A stretch of DNA of 64,000 nt from an uncultured Gemmatimonadales bacterium. Lineage in GTDB: Bacteria > Gemmatimonadota > Gemmatimonadetes > Longimicrobiales > RSA9. Of the stretch, positions 50,650 to 60,126 are shown piece by piece. The notes beneath the pieces were generated by a model. It was not told the DNA's origin and ran no database searches. It saw nothing but the letters and a program-made list of their open reading frames with translations. The stretch spans positions 352,001-416,000 of the forward strand of contig CAWAMW010000017.1 of NCBI GenBank assembly GCA_963783305.1, given 5' to 3'. The translations under genes were made by a program, and so were the position numbers. Position 1 is the first letter of the stretch. Each line of letters begins with the position of its first letter.

Positions 50650-50968
50650 TGGCCGGGTGGCCGCGGGAGTCATCGCCGGCACCGCCGGCGCCCTGGCCAT
50701 GAGCCCCCTCATGAGCCGGCGGGCCACGCGGCGGCGGCCGCGGCGGTTCCATCTGCGCGAGTTCCCACCGCGCCTCGCGGTGGCCGCAACGGGTGAATAC
50801 GCCACACCCGGCGGGTGCCTGCCGCGCTCCATCGAGGGCGCCCTGACCGGGCCCGCGAAGATCCCGTTTCCGTTCGCGGCCCACCTCGTCTTCGGGATTA
50901 CGACCGCGGCACTGCACGAGGCGCTCACGGCCCGCCTGACCCGCACGAGGTACCGGAGGTGCCGATGA
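50650..50968 (+). pseudogene. Degenerate remnant of a small membrane protein
   Basis: GRVAAGVIAGTAGALAMSPLM...AHLVFGITTAAL hydrophobic blocks without a credible start. Confidence 0.4.
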
Positions 50969-53334
50969 ACGCGGTGGCCCCCACGTCCATACGGAAGATC
51001 GCCGCCGCCTTCCTGATCGCGCTCGCGGCGGGCGCCTGCTCCCCGGAGGAAGAGCCGGTGGCCCGGCGGATGGCGGGGGACGTGGAGGAAGTGCTGGGCG
51101 CCACGGCGCCGGAAGATCTGCCGGCGCAGGCGCGGGGTCTGCTCGAGACGGATCGGCCGTGGCGGGCATCGCGTCTCATGGAGCGGTACCTGGAAGCCAC
51201 GCCGGACGCGCCGCCCGAGGACCTCGTGCTGGCGGCGCGCGCGGAGGGCGGCTGGGGTTCGTGGGAAGAGGTACTGGCGCTCCTCGACACCGTGCCGGCG
51301 CTGGAGAGCCACGCGGACGGCATCGGCCTGTACCTCCTGGGTCGCGGCCGGGACGAGGCCGGCGACACGGACGGGGCCGTGGAAGCGTACCGCGCGTTCC
51401 TCGCCTTTTCGCCACCGCAGGGGGAACTGGAGCCGGAGCGGGGCGCGGCGCGGCTGCGTCTCGCCCTCGCGCTGATCCAGTCGGGGCAGGGTGCGGCGGG
51501 TGAGGAGGCGCTGGCCGGGCTGGAGGTGTCGTCGCGCTGGTTCGATGTGCTGCGGGCGGACGCGCTGGCGCTGCGGGGCGACACCGCGGCGGTTCGACAG
51601 GCCGTGGCCGGCCTCGACAGCGGCATCCTCGGACTTCGCGGCTGGCGGGCGCGGGTGACCGCCGCCGAGCGCGCCGGCGACCTGGCCGAGGCGCGCGCGC
51701 TGGCGAATCGCGCACGCGCGTGGGCCCGGACGTCCACCACCGAGGCGGAGTTCCTGCTCACCGCCGGCAGGATCGCCGTGGCCATGGGTGACACCGCGGC
51801 GGGGCGCGATGCGTTCCGAAGCGTCATCGCGAGTGGCGCCGGCAGCGCCCGTGCCCGACGCGCCGCGGCGCTCCTGCTGGAGGACGAGATGACCCCCGAC
51901 GATCACCTTGCGGTGGCCCGGGTCCAGGTGGCGCAGGGGCTCCAGGAAGAAGCCATCGAGGGGTTCGAGCGCTGGCTCGAGTCGGGACGCGGCTCCAGCT
52001 CCGAGCGGGAGGAGGTCCACCTCGAGCACGCCACGGCACTCTTCTACGCCGAGCGCTATCGCCAGGCCATCCAGGCGCTGGAGCCCATCGAGGGGCGGCT
52101 TTCCGCCCGAATGCTCCGCGCCCGCGCCGAGGCCCACCGCGGCCACACCGACGAAGCCGCCCGGCTCTACCTCGACATCGCCGGAGACCGCGCCGGCTCG
52201 ACCGCCGCCAACGCCCGCTTCATCGCAGCCGGCACCTATCACGATGCGGGGGAGACGGAGAAGGCCCGGGATCTCTACCGCGATGTGGTCCGGCGATACC
52301 CCGGCAGCGACCGCATGGGCCACGCGCTCATGCGGCTGGCCGGTATCGCCTTCGAGGAGGAAGACTACACCGAGGCCGCCCGCATATGGGACCAGTATCG
52401 GAAGCGGTATCCCAACGGCGACCGGGCCATCCAGGCCACGTACTGGGCGGGGAGGGCGCGCGAGGAGAGGGGCGACTCGGCTGACGCCGCCGCGCTGTTC
52501 CGCGCCGTGCGGGAGAGCGACCGGAACTCCTATTACGCGCTCATGGCCAGCCGCCGGCTCGGCGAGCCGTTCTGGCCGCTCCCCATGAGCCCGAGCCCGG
52601 CCGCCGACGCGGAGGCCGACCGCCGCGTCGGCGTCTGGATCCGCGAGCTCGACCTGCTTCGAAGCGCCGGCTTCGACGCGGCCGCCGCCGCCATGGCCGA
52701 TGACCTCGTGGGAGAGGTGGGCGGCGATCGCGCCACCCGATACGCGCTGGCCGAGGCCCTCGCCGATCGGGGCTACAGCCGGGGCGCCATCCGCCTGGGC
52801 AACAGCCTGCAGACCGCCGGGCCGCCCGACCGCCGGCTACTCCAGATCCTCTATCCGTTCCCCTACCGGACGCTCATCACCGAGGAGGCGCGCGACCGGG
52901 GGCTCGACCCCTTCATCGCGGCCGCCCTGATCCGGCAGGAATCGATGTTCGAGGCGCTCATCACCTCGCCCGCCGGCGCCCGCGGACTCATGCAGATCAT
53001 GCCGGCCACAGGCGCTCGCCTCGCCGAGGCGGCCGGCATGGAACGCTGGAACGCAGAGCTCCTCTACCACCCCGAGATCAACGTCCATCTCGGGATCCGC
53101 TACGTCGCCCAGCACATGGAGAACTACGACGGCTCCCTCCCCTCCGTCTTCTCCGCCTACAACGCCGGCAGCCACCGCGTGGAATGGTGGAGCGAGTTCC
53201 CGGAGTACGGGGACGACGAGCTGTTCACGGAGCGGATCCCCTACCGGGAGACCCGGAACTACGTCAAGATCCTGACGCGGAACAGGGCGCTGTACGACGG
53301 GCTGTACTCGGGTTCGGTCGAGCCCACGAGCTGA
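50965..53334 (+). CDS. Soluble lytic transglycosylase (Slt70-like) with TPR repeats, lipoprotein
   Basis: IRQES, SPAGARGLMQIMP, AYNAG, IPYRETRNYV; lipobox AGAC. Confidence 0.93.
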   Translation: MNAVAPTSIRKIAAAFLIALAAGACSPEEEPVARRMAGDVEEVLGATAPEDLPAQARGLLETDRPWRASRLMERYLEATPDAPPEDLVLAARAEGGWGSWEEVLALLDTVPALESHADGIGLYLLGRGRDEAGDTDGAVEAYRAFLAFSPPQGELEPERGAARLRLALALIQSGQGAAGEEALAGLEVSSRWFDVLRADALALRGDTAAVRQAVAGLDSGILGLRGWRARVTAAERAGDLAEARALANRARAWARTSTTEAEFLLTAGRIAVAMGDTAAGRDAFRSVIASGAGSARARRAAALLLEDEMTPDDHLAVARVQVAQGLQEEAIEGFERWLESGRGSSSEREEVHLEHATALFYAERYRQAIQALEPIEGRLSARMLRARAEAHRGHTDEAARLYLDIAGDRAGSTAANARFIAAGTYHDAGETEKARDLYRDVVRRYPGSDRMGHALMRLAGIAFEEEDYTEAARIWDQYRKRYPNGDRAIQATYWAGRAREERGDSADAAALFRAVRESDRNSYYALMASRRLGEPFWPLPMSPSPAADAEADRRVGVWIRELDLLRSAGFDAAAAAMADDLVGEVGGDRATRYALAEALADRGYSRGAIRLGNSLQTAGPPDRRLLQILYPFPYRTLITEEARDRGLDPFIAAALIRQESMFEALITSPAGARGLMQIMPATGARLAEAAGMERWNAELLYHPEINVHLGIRYVAQHMENYDGSLPSVFSAYNAGSHRVEWWSEFPEYGDDELFTERIPYRETRNYVKILTRNRALYDGLYSGSVEPTS

Positions 53335-53533
53335 GCCGGTCTACGGACGCTCGCGGCGAGTCGCGGGGTCTGGATGCACGCGTCGTGTGGGGCGTTCCTC
53401 CACATCCGGGCTTCGTCATCCTCGCGGGTATCCCCCTACTGCGCGCCCACCACGGCCCCCGCAGATTGATCTCAGGGGCAACCCCGGCCGCCCGCCGGAG
53501 GCCCCATACTCGCCGGCGACCAAGGAGTCCGCC

Positions 53534-53671
53534 GTGAGCCGTGAGAACGAAGGCAACGGACGACCCGCTCTCTTCAAGGCCGTCTTCATCCTCATCTCCA
53601 CGCTGGTCGTGGCCGCCATGGCCTACGCGGGCTGGATCGTCGTGATCTACTGGGATCACGTCGGCGTCTGA
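53534..53671 (+). CDS. 45-aa single-TM protein heading the nor operon
   Basis: AAGGAG RBS, GTG start, one hydrophobic helix, 10 bp upstream of norC. Confidence 0.65.
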   Translation: MSRENEGNGRPALFKAVFILISTLVVAAMAYAGWIVVIYWDHVGV

Positions 53672-53681
53672 GGAGACCACC

Positions 53682-54497
53682 ATGACATACAAGCAGGCCG
53701 TCACGTTCTTCTTCGCGGTGACCGGCATCTTCATCGCGGTGTTCGTGGGACTTACTCTGCACAGCCACACCCGCTTCCCCGCGCTGACGCACGCCGATCA
53801 GATCACCGATCAGGTGCTCGACGGGAAGGACGTGTGGCACCACAACAACTGCGTGAACTGCCACACGCTCATGGGCGAGGGAGCGTATTACGCGCCGGAC
53901 CTGACACACATCACCCGCCAGCGGGGGGACGCGTACCTGAGCACGTTCCTCCAGGACCCCGGTCGGTTCTACAACGCAGAGGAACACCGCCGCGTGATGC
54001 CGGACCAGGGCCTCGACGACGTGCAGATCGCGAGCGTCATCGCATTCCTCGGGTGGATCGCCGCCATCGACAACTTCGACTGGCCGCCACGCCCTATCCT
54101 GGTGACGGGTGGAGTACCCGGAGGATACGGCGGCGAGCCCACCGCGGCGGCCTCCTCGGATGACCCCGTGGCGCAGGGTCAAACCCTGTTCCGGTCATCG
54201 CCTCCCTCTTGCTTCACCTGCCACTCCACGTCGCCCAACGTGGTGCTCGCGGGGCCCTCGATGGCGGGGCTGGTGGAGCGGGCGGGCCAGGTGGTGCAGA
54301 GCGCTGACTATACGGGCTCGGCCACGAGCGCGGAGGGCTATATCCGGGAGTCCATCGTGGACCCCGGCGCCCACATCGCCGACGGTCCCGACTTCTTCGC
54401 CTCCGACGGGCGGTCCATGATGCCCGCCGACTTCGACCAGTCGCTGACCGACGACCAGCTCGATCAGCTGGTGGCCTATCTCATGTCGCTGCGCTGA
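53682..54497 (+). CDS. norC: Nitric oxide reductase cytochrome c subunit, di-heme
   Basis: N-terminal TM, GKDVW...NCVNCHTLMGEGAYYAPDLT; second heme motif CFTCH...MMP. Confidence 0.88.
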   Translation: MTYKQAVTFFFAVTGIFIAVFVGLTLHSHTRFPALTHADQITDQVLDGKDVWHHNNCVNCHTLMGEGAYYAPDLTHITRQRGDAYLSTFLQDPGRFYNAEEHRRVMPDQGLDDVQIASVIAFLGWIAAIDNFDWPPRPILVTGGVPGGYGGEPTAAASSDDPVAQGQTLFRSSPPSCFTCHSTSPNVVLAGPSMAGLVERAGQVVQSADYTGSATSAEGYIRESIVDPGAHIADGPDFFASDGRSMMPADFDQSLTDDQLDQLVAYLMSLR

Positions 54498-54513
54498 GCC
54501 AAGGAGAGGAACC

Positions 54514-55887
54514 ATGCGGTATCGCACGCAGGCGGTAGCATACTGGTATTTCGCGGTCGCGCTCACCCTCTTCGCGCTGCAGCTCGTGTTCGGCTTCCTC
54601 ATGGCGGCGAAATACCTGGGGCCGGACCCGCTCCAGACCGTGCTGCCCTTCAATGTGGCCAAGACGCTGCACACCAACCTGCTCGTGGTCTGGATCCTGG
54701 CGGGGTTCCTGGGCTCCGCTTTCTACGTGATCCCCGAGGAGTCGAAGGTGGAGCTTCACAGCCCCACGCTCGCCTACTGGACGCTGGGGCTCCTCACGGC
54801 TCTGGGCGTGACCGCCGTGGTCGGCTACTTCTTCGGCTGGACGGAGGGGAACAAGCTCCTCGAGCAGCCCTTGCCGATCAAGCTCGGGCTGGTGGTGGTG
54901 TTCGGGATGTTCGGCTACAACGTAGTCCGGACGATGGCGAAGGGCGCGAAGCCGACCGCAACGTCGGTGATCCTCGTGGGCGGCATCTTTGGCGCGGCGC
55001 TCCTCTACCTCCCATCGCTGCTGTCGTACACGAACTATACGATCGCCACCTTCTATCGCTGGTGGACCATTCACCTGTGGGTGGAGGGGGTGTTCGAGCT
55101 GATCCAGGGAGCGCTCCTGGCCTTCCTCCTCATCCGCCTCACGGGTGTGGAGCGGAGCCGGGTGGAGAAGTGGCTCTACGTGGTCATCGGCCTCACGTTC
55201 GCCACGGGACTCATCGGCACCGCGCACCACTACTTCTGGATCGGCGTGCCCGAGTACTGGCTGCCGCTGGGCGGGTTCTTCAGCGCGCTGGAGCCGCTAC
55301 CGTTCGTCGGCATGGCCATCATGGCCTATGTCGCGCTCCGTTCCATGGAACGGCGCCCCGCCAACATGATCGCGCTGCACTGGGCGGCGGGCAGTGCCCT
55401 CGTCGCCCTCATCGGCGCCGGCGTTCTCGGCTTCGCCCACACGTGGCCCGCGGTGAACCAGTGGACGCATGGCACCCTGATTACTCCCATGCACGGCCAC
55501 CTGGCATTCTTCGGTGCCTACGGGATGATCATCCTGGGCATGATGACCTACTCGCTCCCCTTCGTCACCGGCAACGCCGATGCCGAGGTCCGGCACGGGG
55601 GGGTGGGTCTCTGGGCCTTCTGGCTCATGGTTTCCGGGATCACGGGCATGACCCTGAGCTTCGCCGCAGGCGGCCTTGGCCAGGTCTACCTCGAGAGGAT
55701 CATGGGCCTCGGATATCTGGAGACCCAGCAGCGAATTCAGGTGCATTTCCAGATGCTCCTGGCCACGGCCTCCCTCTTCAGCCTGGGCGCGCTGCTCTTC
55801 CTGTTCGATTTCTTCGTCCTCAACCCCAAGCGCGGCGAGCTGCTGGCCGAGCCGGTGCGGGACGTCGAGGTGCCGAGCCGGACCTAG
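54514..55887 (+). CDS. norB: Nitric oxide reductase large subunit (cNOR)
   Basis: LHTNL, WWTIHLWVEGVFEL, GTAHHYFWIG, FSALEP, HGHLAFFGAY. Confidence 0.93.
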   Translation: MRYRTQAVAYWYFAVALTLFALQLVFGFLMAAKYLGPDPLQTVLPFNVAKTLHTNLLVVWILAGFLGSAFYVIPEESKVELHSPTLAYWTLGLLTALGVTAVVGYFFGWTEGNKLLEQPLPIKLGLVVVFGMFGYNVVRTMAKGAKPTATSVILVGGIFGAALLYLPSLLSYTNYTIATFYRWWTIHLWVEGVFELIQGALLAFLLIRLTGVERSRVEKWLYVVIGLTFATGLIGTAHHYFWIGVPEYWLPLGGFFSALEPLPFVGMAIMAYVALRSMERRPANMIALHWAAGSALVALIGAGVLGFAHTWPAVNQWTHGTLITPMHGHLAFFGAYGMIILGMMTYSLPFVTGNADAEVRHGGVGLWAFWLMVSGITGMTLSFAAGGLGQVYLERIMGLGYLETQQRIQVHFQMLLATASLFSLGALLFLFDFFVLNPKRGELLAEPVRDVEVPSRT

Positions 55888-56108
55888 CGTGTCCGCTGGT
55901 GGACGTACATGCAGGCATCCTCCGCGCCCGAGCGCTGGAGGCTGCCCGGCGCCCATTCCGGCGGGATGCCCCGCAGACACTCCTGGTGGGAGTCGTAGTC
56001 TTCGGCGCGAAACGTCGGACCGCTGCCGGCCTCCAGCAGGAGGGCGGCCACGATGGCGGTGAGGATGGCGGTCAGGACCGCCGCGGTGATCCAGGTGGAC
56101 GGGGTCAT
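55884..56108 (-). CDS. Small membrane-anchored hypothetical protein
   Basis: N-terminal hydrophobic helix and two Cys; convergent and overlapping the norB stop. Confidence 0.6.
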   Translation of the reverse strand: MTPSTWITAAVLTAILTAIVAALLLEAGSGPTFRAEDYDSHQECLRGIPPEWAPGSLQRSGAEDACMYVHQRTR

Positions 56109-56236
56109 GGGCGGAAGATAGTCACACGAAGACGGCAGGCGAAGCCGCGGCGTGTGCCGCTCCTCCGCCTGCCATCGTGTTCAGCCGTGCTTCAGCTATG
56201 TCGTGGACGTGTGGGCCCGATCCGGGTCACGACCGG

Positions 56237-56827
56237 TCAGTGCTGCCGCTCCGGCTGCGGTCGATCCTCTCGCATCTTCCGCTTCACCTCTCGCGTCTCG
56301 TCCCGGGCGAATTCGCCGGTCTCACGCGCCTCGCGCTTCAACACCGAGGAATCGTGTTCCAGGGTGTCGCGCCCGTGTTCCAGGCGCAGCGAGTCGCTGC
56401 TCTGAAGGTCCCGCGCGGCGCTCATGGCCAACGCGCCCGCCGCAATGGCCAGCACGCCACCCACGATCAGGGCGCCCGCCCAGAACGCGCCGCCGAGCAG
56501 CTGCCCCACGGCCAGGATCGCGCCCGCCGTGAGCGCCAGCCCCGCCAGGGAGCCGAGCGACAACGCCACCCCGACCTTGGCCACGTCCTTCACCAGCGTT
56601 CGGCCCGCGTCCTGGATGTCGGCGGAAAAGGCATTGGCCACGTCCCGCACCTCCAGCTTGGCCAGGGTCAGCTCGTCATGCGCGAGCTGCGACGCGTCCT
56701 GGCCGAGTCGGGCGATCAGCGTGCGAAGGTCCAACCCGTCGGAGCCGTTGCCGGACGGCGGCAGCCGCCGCACGTCCGACTCCAGTTCCAGGTCTCCGCG
56801 GTCGTCCAGCGTGTACCGTTTCGCCAT
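56237..56827 (-). CDS. Holin-like (phage holin family 3_6 / YhjD-type) membrane protein
   Basis: LAHDELTLAKLEV plus two TM helices; typical partner of DUF3618 proteins. Confidence 0.75.
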   Translation of the reverse strand: MAKRYTLDDRGDLELESDVRRLPPSGNGSDGLDLRTLIARLGQDASQLAHDELTLAKLEVRDVANAFSADIQDAGRTLVKDVAKVGVALSLGSLAGLALTAGAILAVGQLLGGAFWAGALIVGGVLAIAAGALAMSAARDLQSSDSLRLEHGRDTLEHDSSVLKREARETGEFARDETREVKRKMREDRPQPERQH

Positions 56828-56828
56828 G

Positions 56829-57830
56829 CTACCTCCCCGGCTCGCGCATGGCGTTCATGCCGGTGGAGCTCCGGCTCCCGGCCCCCCGGGACTCGCTGCT
56901 GTCGTCCTCCGCGAGCACCTCGTCCACCGCCCGGTGCGCCGACCTGCTGGCCGTCTCACGGGCCATGTCACGCGCCTTCGATGCGGCGCGACGAGCGCCC
57001 TCCTCGGCCCGCTCCTTCACACGCTCCCGGGCGTCACCCATGAGCTCACGCTCCCGGTCCGTCTCCGGCAGCAGCAACCCCGCCGCCAGACCGAGCGCCG
57101 CGGCCATGGCGCCCGCAACCAGCGGGTTCTCGCCCACCGCGTGCTCCACGCGCCGCTCCGCCCGCCGAGCGCGATACGTTGCCTCGTGCATTCCTTCACG
57201 CACGTCGTGTTTCAGCTCGCGGCCTCGTTCCCGCGCGGAGCTGGCCATCTCGTGCCCCTTCTCCCGGGCGCTGTCCATGGCCTCTTCACCCCGCTCACGC
57301 ACACTCTCCATCGCCTCTTCGCCCCGCTCACGGACCCGGTCGGCGGCTTCCGCCATCCGGCCGTCTTCGTCCGCGCCGTCCATGTCGTACCTCTCGTCTA
57401 CGTCCTGCCCGTACGCTGTGCCCGCGACCGGCCGGTAACGGTTCGGCACATCCCGATCACGGCCGTACGGGTATGGCTCTCGACGCAGGGTCCGGCTGCG
57501 GTAGCCGCTGTCGTCGTCGCGGGCGCCATTGGTCACCAGCCACGCCAGGCCGACACCTACCATGCCCGCGGGGATCGGGTTCTCCCGGATCGTGTCCCAC
57601 ACCCCTCGTCCGGTCTCTCGCATCTCGTGCTCCACCTCGTCCATGGTATGCCTCGCCTTCCGTTTTACGTTGTGCTTCAGCTCGTCCACCTGTCCCCGCG
57701 CTCGGACCTTCAGCTCGTGCTGCACACGGTCGGGATGGACACGGTCGCCAATCTCCTCCACCGTGCGACCCATCCGCCTGCGCGTCGCCTCGATCCGCTC
57801 CAGGACCTCACGTTCGGATTCCCTAGCCAT
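56829..57830 (-). CDS. DUF3618-domain / ElaB-like stress protein
   Basis: IEATRRRMGRTVEEI, IRENPIPAGMVGVGLAWL, ENPLVAG...LLPETDRE. Confidence 0.8.
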   Translation of the reverse strand: MARESEREVLERIEATRRRMGRTVEEIGDRVHPDRVQHELKVRARGQVDELKHNVKRKARHTMDEVEHEMRETGRGVWDTIRENPIPAGMVGVGLAWLVTNGARDDDSGYRSRTLRREPYPYGRDRDVPNRYRPVAGTAYGQDVDERYDMDGADEDGRMAEAADRVRERGEEAMESVRERGEEAMDSAREKGHEMASSARERGRELKHDVREGMHEATYRARRAERRVEHAVGENPLVAGAMAAALGLAAGLLLPETDRERELMGDARERVKERAEEGARRAASKARDMARETASRSAHRAVDEVLAEDDSSESRGAGSRSSTGMNAMREPGR

Positions 57831-58608
57831 TGAACTCGCCTCCGCGCTGCGTCCCGCGGGTGGGCTCGTCCAGCTCGTAGGACTCGGGCCCGTCGATGGA
57901 ACGCTCCGCCTCCACCGCGCGGTCATCCGGCAGCGAGCGATCGGCACGCGCCGACCGCACGTTGCCGAAATCGTCGGTCTCGTACGCGCCACGGCTCTCG
58001 AGCGGCTCGCGCGTCTCGTAGGCCGGAAGGTCGCCGTAGGACTCGCCGCCACGATACGAGCGGCCCTCGCCGGCATAGTCGCGGCCGGCGTGATCCTGGT
58101 CGGAGTCCGGCGGCGAGCTCTTGAGGAATCGGGCGCCCAGCATCCCCAGGGTGAACGCGCCGCTCAGGAACACGGGGGTGTGCTCGCGGGCGAAGCTCCG
58201 GACGTCCCGACCGAGGGAACTCACGTCCCGCTCCGCCAGGTAATGCGACGCGTCCTCGGCCCGGTCCGCCACGGCGTCCAGCAGACGGCCGTACTGCCGC
58301 TGGTCCTCCGGCATCTCCTCGCCGCTCCGCCGAAGCGCGTCAGCCATGGAAAGGAGACCGGTGCTCACCCGCTCCTTCTGATCCTCCGCCTGGCTCCGCG
58401 CACGGGCCTTCCCCTCCCGCGCCATTTCCTTCCCCTTCTCGCGCGCCTCCGCCTTCAGGTCCTCGGCCTTGTCCGCCGCCTGGTCCTTGAGCTCGCCGGC
58501 CTTGTCCGCCGCCTGGTCCTTCAGCTCCCGCGCCGTCTCCTTTGCACCGCCGTCATGAGCCGAGTCCGAACCCGCCTCCATACCGGTTCCCGTGATCCCG
58601 TCCGCCAT
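57823..58608 (-). CDS. Hypothetical LEA-like stress protein
   Basis: 11-mer ELKDQAADKAG repeats; FAREHTPVFLSGAFTLGMLGARFLKSS. Confidence 0.75.
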   Translation of the reverse strand: MADGITGTGMEAGSDSAHDGGAKETARELKDQAADKAGELKDQAADKAEDLKAEAREKGKEMAREGKARARSQAEDQKERVSTGLLSMADALRRSGEEMPEDQRQYGRLLDAVADRAEDASHYLAERDVSSLGRDVRSFAREHTPVFLSGAFTLGMLGARFLKSSPPDSDQDHAGRDYAGEGRSYRGGESYGDLPAYETREPLESRGAYETDDFGNVRSARADRSLPDDRAVEAERSIDGPESYELDEPTRGTQRGGEFNG

Positions 58609-58695
58609 CTGTCTACCTCCGTCGCTGGCTTCGCCTTGAATTAAAAACGCGCTCGCAGCCCCATCGAGAGGCGTCGAGCGCGCACCCCGGAGTAG

Positions 58696-58711
58696 TGCAG
58701 GGGCCGTGCCA
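58696..58711 (-). promoter_or_regulatory. Putative sigma54 (-24/-12) promoter
   Basis: Minus strand reads TGGCACG-GCCC-CTGCA, ~90 bp upstream of the 58608 start. Confidence 0.6.
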
Positions 58712-58774
58712 TGAACCGCTGTAAATGATTGCCGTACCGCGACTTAGCGGTACGGGATTACTGCACGGAGAGGT

Positions 58775-60124
58775 CTACCCCGCGGGGATCCGCTCCAACG
58801 CACGCTGCACGTCAGCGCCGCCGGGCTGCTGGTAGACGCGGAGCTCGAACTCGGGAACCGCGGCGAGGACGTGGTCGAAGATGTCGGCCTGGAGGGCCTC
58901 GTAGAAGGCCCAGCGGGTGTCGCTGGTGAAGACGTAGATCTCGATGGGCAGCCCCTGCGGCCCCGGTGCGAGTTGCCGGACGAGGAAGGTCATGTCCTGC
59001 CGGATCTCGGGGTGGGTCTTCAAATACTCGATGAGGTACGCGCGGAAGGTCCCGACGTTGGTGAGCCGGCGGGCGTGGGGTGTGACGCCCTCTCCGGGGG
59101 TCCGGCCGGCGTTGTAGGATTTTACCTCGTCGCGTTTTCGTGCGATGTACTCGCGGAGCAGCTCCCACTGTGCGAAGCGCTGCACCTCGTCGGGCTCGAG
59201 GTAGCGGATCGTGCTCTGGTCGAGGTGGACTGCGCGCTTGATCCTGCGCCCGCCGGACTCCTGCATCCCCCGCCAGTTCTTGAACGAGTGCTCGAGGAAC
59301 TTGTGGGTGGGAATCACGCTGAGGGTGCGGTCCCAGTTCTGGACGGTGATCGAGTTGAGGGCGATATCCACGACATCGCCGTCGGCCTCGAACTGGGGCA
59401 TCTCGATCCAGTCGCCCACCCGGATGAGGTCGTTGGTGGTGATCTGGACGCCGGCCACGAGGGATAGGAGCGTGTCGCGGAAGACGAGCAGGAGCACGGC
59501 GGTCATGGCGCCGAGACCGCTCAGGAGCGGGATGGGCGAGCGGTCCATGAGGATGGCCGCGACCATGATGACGCCGGCCAGGTGCGCGACGATATTGGCG
59601 ACCTGGAGGAACCCCTTGATCGGCCGCTCCCGCGCTCGCGGCTGGAGTGTGTAGATGCGATTGATGCCGTCGAGGAGCGCGGCGAACGCGCGCACCACCA
59701 CCAGGACTATGCTGGCGAGGATCACGCGCTTGACGATGAGGAGCACCGCTGGCGGGACGAAGGGGATCAGGTCCACGCCGATCTGCCAGACCACGAGCGG
59801 AACGGCCCAGGCGAGGCGGTGGGGCAGCCGCGACTCGAAGAGCGCGTCGTCCCACCCCTGCTGTGTGGAGCGCGCCAGGCGCTCGAGGAACCAGAGCAGG
59901 TAGTACCGCACGATCCGGTGCACGATCTCTCCCACCACCAGAACCGCGACGGCCACCACGAGCGAAGAGATCAGTGGGTTCGCGGCGATGAGGTCGGCGG
60001 CGGGTGCCAGCAGCGGATGGATCGCCGCGGCGGCCCGCGCCGGGAGGTCCTCATCGACCGCGGCCGCGGGAGTCGCCTCCTGCAGGAGTGCCCAGCCTGA
60101 ACGGATTGGTGGGAAGACCGCCAC
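58775..60124 (-). CDS. MscS family mechanosensitive channel (YbdG-like)
   Basis: GLGAMTAVLLLVFRD, GDWIEMP, VQNWD, FKNWRGMQESGGRRIKR, TNVGTFRAY. Confidence 0.92.
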   Translation of the reverse strand: MAVFPPIRSGWALLQEATPAAAVDEDLPARAAAAIHPLLAPAADLIAANPLISSLVVAVAVLVVGEIVHRIVRYYLLWFLERLARSTQQGWDDALFESRLPHRLAWAVPLVVWQIGVDLIPFVPPAVLLIVKRVILASIVLVVVRAFAALLDGINRIYTLQPRARERPIKGFLQVANIVAHLAGVIMVAAILMDRSPIPLLSGLGAMTAVLLLVFRDTLLSLVAGVQITTNDLIRVGDWIEMPQFEADGDVVDIALNSITVQNWDRTLSVIPTHKFLEHSFKNWRGMQESGGRRIKRAVHLDQSTIRYLEPDEVQRFAQWELLREYIARKRDEVKSYNAGRTPGEGVTPHARRLTNVGTFRAYLIEYLKTHPEIRQDMTFLVRQLAPGPQGLPIEIYVFTSDTRWAFYEALQADIFDHVLAAVPEFELRVYQQPGGADVQRALERIPAG

Positions 60125-60126
60125 GA

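Noticed and set aside
53467..53482. FNR/NnrR box upstream of nor (TTGATCTCAGGGGCAA)
   Set aside because: Only one good half-site; spacing is 2 bp longer than TTGAT-N4-ATCAA.
56237..56827. Prophage suggested by the holin-like gene
   Set aside because: No other phage genes; this family usually sits in chromosomal stress operons.
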